From Catajapyx aquilonaris (taxonomy: Eukaryota), in assembly GCA_000934665.2 (NCBI GenBank), contig KZ538144.1, forward strand, positions 1 through 64,000: 64,000 bases of DNA, read 5' to 3'. The notes below the pieces were generated by a model. That model was not told where the DNA came from. It made no database searches and saw nothing but the letters and a program-made list of their open reading frames with translations. How positions within the stretch are numbered: position 1 is the first letter of the stretch; every line of letters starts with the position of its first letter. This document shows, in pieces, positions 61,801-64,000 of this stretch. Made by a program: the position numbers and the translations under genes.

Positions 61801-63691
61801 AAGCTACTGCAGATATTTAAAATTCAATGCCAAGATACCGAAGCAGTAGTGGTGTGGTGGATATAGTGTCCGACTGCTAATCGGGAGGTCCTGGGTTCAA
61901 GTCCCGGAGGCCGGCGATCCAGACCTTGGTTTTCTGTGGTTTCCCAAGGGCGCCCCCAGGAAGATTCCGGGATCGTACCGTAACATAGGCCACAGCCGCT
62001 TCCTTCCTGTCCCTGCCCTGGAGGAGGTGCGGTGTCGGTGGGGTGTTTCTGGCCCGTGCCTAGGGGGATGTCTCAAGCTTGGCCCCCCACCACAAGACAA
62101 TGCACCACTGTCCCTCCCTCTTTATCCCTTTCCTGTCCCCCACACCGGAGAGAAAGAAAAAAAAAACATGCGGAAGTAATTTCGCATAGAAAACGGAGGC
62201 GATCTCAGCCCCTACATTGACCAATAGGTCTCAAGGGGGTACCAAAATAATAAATAAATAAATAAATAAATAAATAAAATTCAATGCCAAGATAAGGCTG
62301 GGTATATTCATGCGATGTGCTGTCTCCAAGCCAAGATTCATGTCACTGCCATGACCTGAAGTCATGAACAGGTAAAAATGACAAATTCCTTCACATTGCA
62401 ACATGATTTGTAGTGCATGGTCATGTGACATAAAATGTTCCAAACTGAATAATTGTATTTTTTCAGCATCAAAAAGTTTTCATTGAACAGTTTGAAAAAG
62501 TGGGTTCCACAGTATCATGCATGGAATATTTTGTGCACAATACTGTGCCTGTTACAATGGTGCAATGCAAAACTAAAAAATGGTTCTAAGGCATCAAAAA
62601 TTTAATTGACTATTGAGGAAGTCATCAAAAATGTTGAAATATGCATTTTTATGTTCTTATTGGCCAAACGTGCTGTAAACCTCTAAATATGCTTATAATT
62701 ATACTCTAAAAAGTCTACATAATACCCTTATTTTTGGGTTCAAAAAGCCATGATTCAAGTTCCTGTAAAACTCGATTTCCTGTCTATACAGGAAAATACT
62801 TCTATGCATAATGCAAAAATGCATTGTTAAATGTCTTTTAAAAAAAACATCTGCATAGTGCTTGACCTCATTGCGAGGTATGTAGCACGGACCTTTATTA
62901 TTCCTCTTAGTGTGCGACACAACTGGAAACTTCAACGAAGCACCCGGGCCCACGGGCAGGGTGACTGGGAGGGGATATGCAATGTCTCATATGGTACATT
63001 TTGTGAAGTCCCCTGGGTGGATTACTCTAGAGGAGGTTCCACCCGAGACGAAGCCAAAGACAACTCAACTCTGCATGAGATGAAGGGGGGAGAGCCCGGG
63101 CTTGGGATCGAACCCGGGACCCTTACATCCGTGGGCACATACGTTATCGCAGCGCCACTCCACCTCCCCTGTTAAATGTCTATTCATTGCACATGGCATG
63201 CAAATAAAAGTCAAGCATAACTTACTGGTTTTGGGGCAACTGGTTTATACTCCCGCTGGTCCTCATCCTTGTCTATGAATCCATACCTGGCTACAATTTT
63301 ATCCCTTAGCGCCTTCTCACCTAGTACTGACTTCTTCTGGTTTGTTTGCTGTAATAAATAAAATTTAAAATATATCACTTAAAATGTGAAGTACCTTATT
63401 TGGTGGTTGGTTTGGATTTACTCTTGTCATGTTATGTATCACATAGATTACATATTGCAAAATACAGCCTGTGCTGCAGCAACATTGCTTAAAGATCCTA
63501 ACCTGTAATATTGACTTTGATGAATGTGTGATGCTATCTCCACTCTCCTGCCTGTGTAGCATGAGTTGAGCTGCATTCTCCACATTCCCTCCAGCAATTG
63601 TGAGGCAGTGTTTCACCTCCAACTCACATGCTGTAGGAAACATCTCTTGCAACAAAGGTATCTGCTCTTCATATGACTCCAAATTGTCACC
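58861..63691 (-). CDS. CUEDC2: CUE domain-containing protein 2, last three exons (5' part outside the window)
   Basis: Exons 63691-63503 (CUE domain LLQEMFP...[12 protein letters not shown]), 63348-63226, 59007-58861. The C-terminus [21 protein letters not shown]...[17 protein letters not shown] matches the conserved CUEDC2 tail. Confidence 0.93.
59439..59883. mobile_element. Tc1/mariner-type MITE with long TIRs
   Basis: TA TSD; CAGGGTGTATCAAAACTC(T/C)ACCATAAGCCAT... imperfect TIRs of ~80 bp. Confidence 0.85.
59960..60301 (+). mobile_element. SINE family A, full copy
   Basis: TSD aatatgacaaata (59943-59955, 60302-60314); collinear with 22389-22735. Confidence 0.88.
60554..60773. mobile_element. 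Hairpin MITE (60-bp core arms, one mismatch)
   Basis: 60566-60625 pairs with 60702-60761; the flanks reconstruct a palindromic AGTGTACACT empty site with TA duplicated. Confidence 0.85.
61837..62274 (+). mobile_element. SINE family B head and core with a different 3' tail
   Basis: TSD taaaattcaatgccaagata (61818-61837, 62275-62294); GACTGCTAATC head, TAGGCCACAGCCGCTTCCTTCC core, (TAAA)n tail. Confidence 0.88.
62837..63169 (-). mobile_element. SINE family A, full copy
   Basis: 12-bp TSD tgttaaatgtct (62825-62836, 63170-63181); B box GGGTTCGATCCC on the minus strand. Confidence 0.88.
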
Positions 63692-64000
63692 CTGCATTTG
63701 TAAAAGAGCAATCCTCTATCAGTCACTATGGCAAAAGATCACATATTACCCAATTGTATAAGCTCAAAGGAAAATAAAATCTTCTGATTACGTAATATGA
63801 ATATAATTATGCACAATAGGATATTTCCCTTTAATTTGCATTCATACCACCAGGCCTAAGTTGTTAACTTATGACTACATTGTAATTCTGAACCAGTTAA
63901 AAAAATAATAATAATAAAGCCGAGAATAAAGCAGGTTACAACTGCAATGAGAGCTTGCATCCACAAGTCCTTGATCAGGTCTTGACTAAGGTCTGGGGAC

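Noticed and set aside
61837..61912. tRNA-like sequences (also at 22389, 59960, 13020, 22110-22183)
   Set aside because: They lack complete cloverleafs, continue into shared cores and tails, and are mostly flanked by TSDs, so they are SINE heads rather than tRNA genes.

Overview
Eukaryotic, AT-rich genomic DNA, most likely from an invertebrate (arthropod-like), with many 50-70 nt introns and four N-gaps. I could splice five conserved genes by hand in consistent frames: a DHRSX-like short-chain dehydrogenase (+, 3142-9813), Rab30 (-, 12143-28265), an 18-exon OCA2/P-protein family transporter (+, 37162-42145), an ankyrin-repeat/SOCS-box protein (-, 43839-45650) and the last three exons of CUEDC2 (-, 58861-63691, continuing beyond the window). 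An unannotated three-exon ORF of about 136 aa (-, 50434-52253) lies next to an old tandem duplicate of its own 3' flank. The introns hold at least four tRNA-derived SINE families with target-site duplications (TSDs), many MITEs (Tc1/mariner/pogo-, piggyBac-, Harbinger-, hAT/P-like), a hAT transposase relic and a badly degraded LINE. The best leads are the orphan gene and its duplication, a MITE that looks collinear with mammalian MER46C/Tigger4 (recalled from memory, needs a search), a perfect 69-bp-arm palindrome inside a SINE, and unusual OCA2 splicing (a GC-AG intron and a 53-nt frame-switching intron). There is no prokaryotic system, CRISPR array, rRNA or intact tRNA. Family names for repeats come from motif recognition, not database searches.
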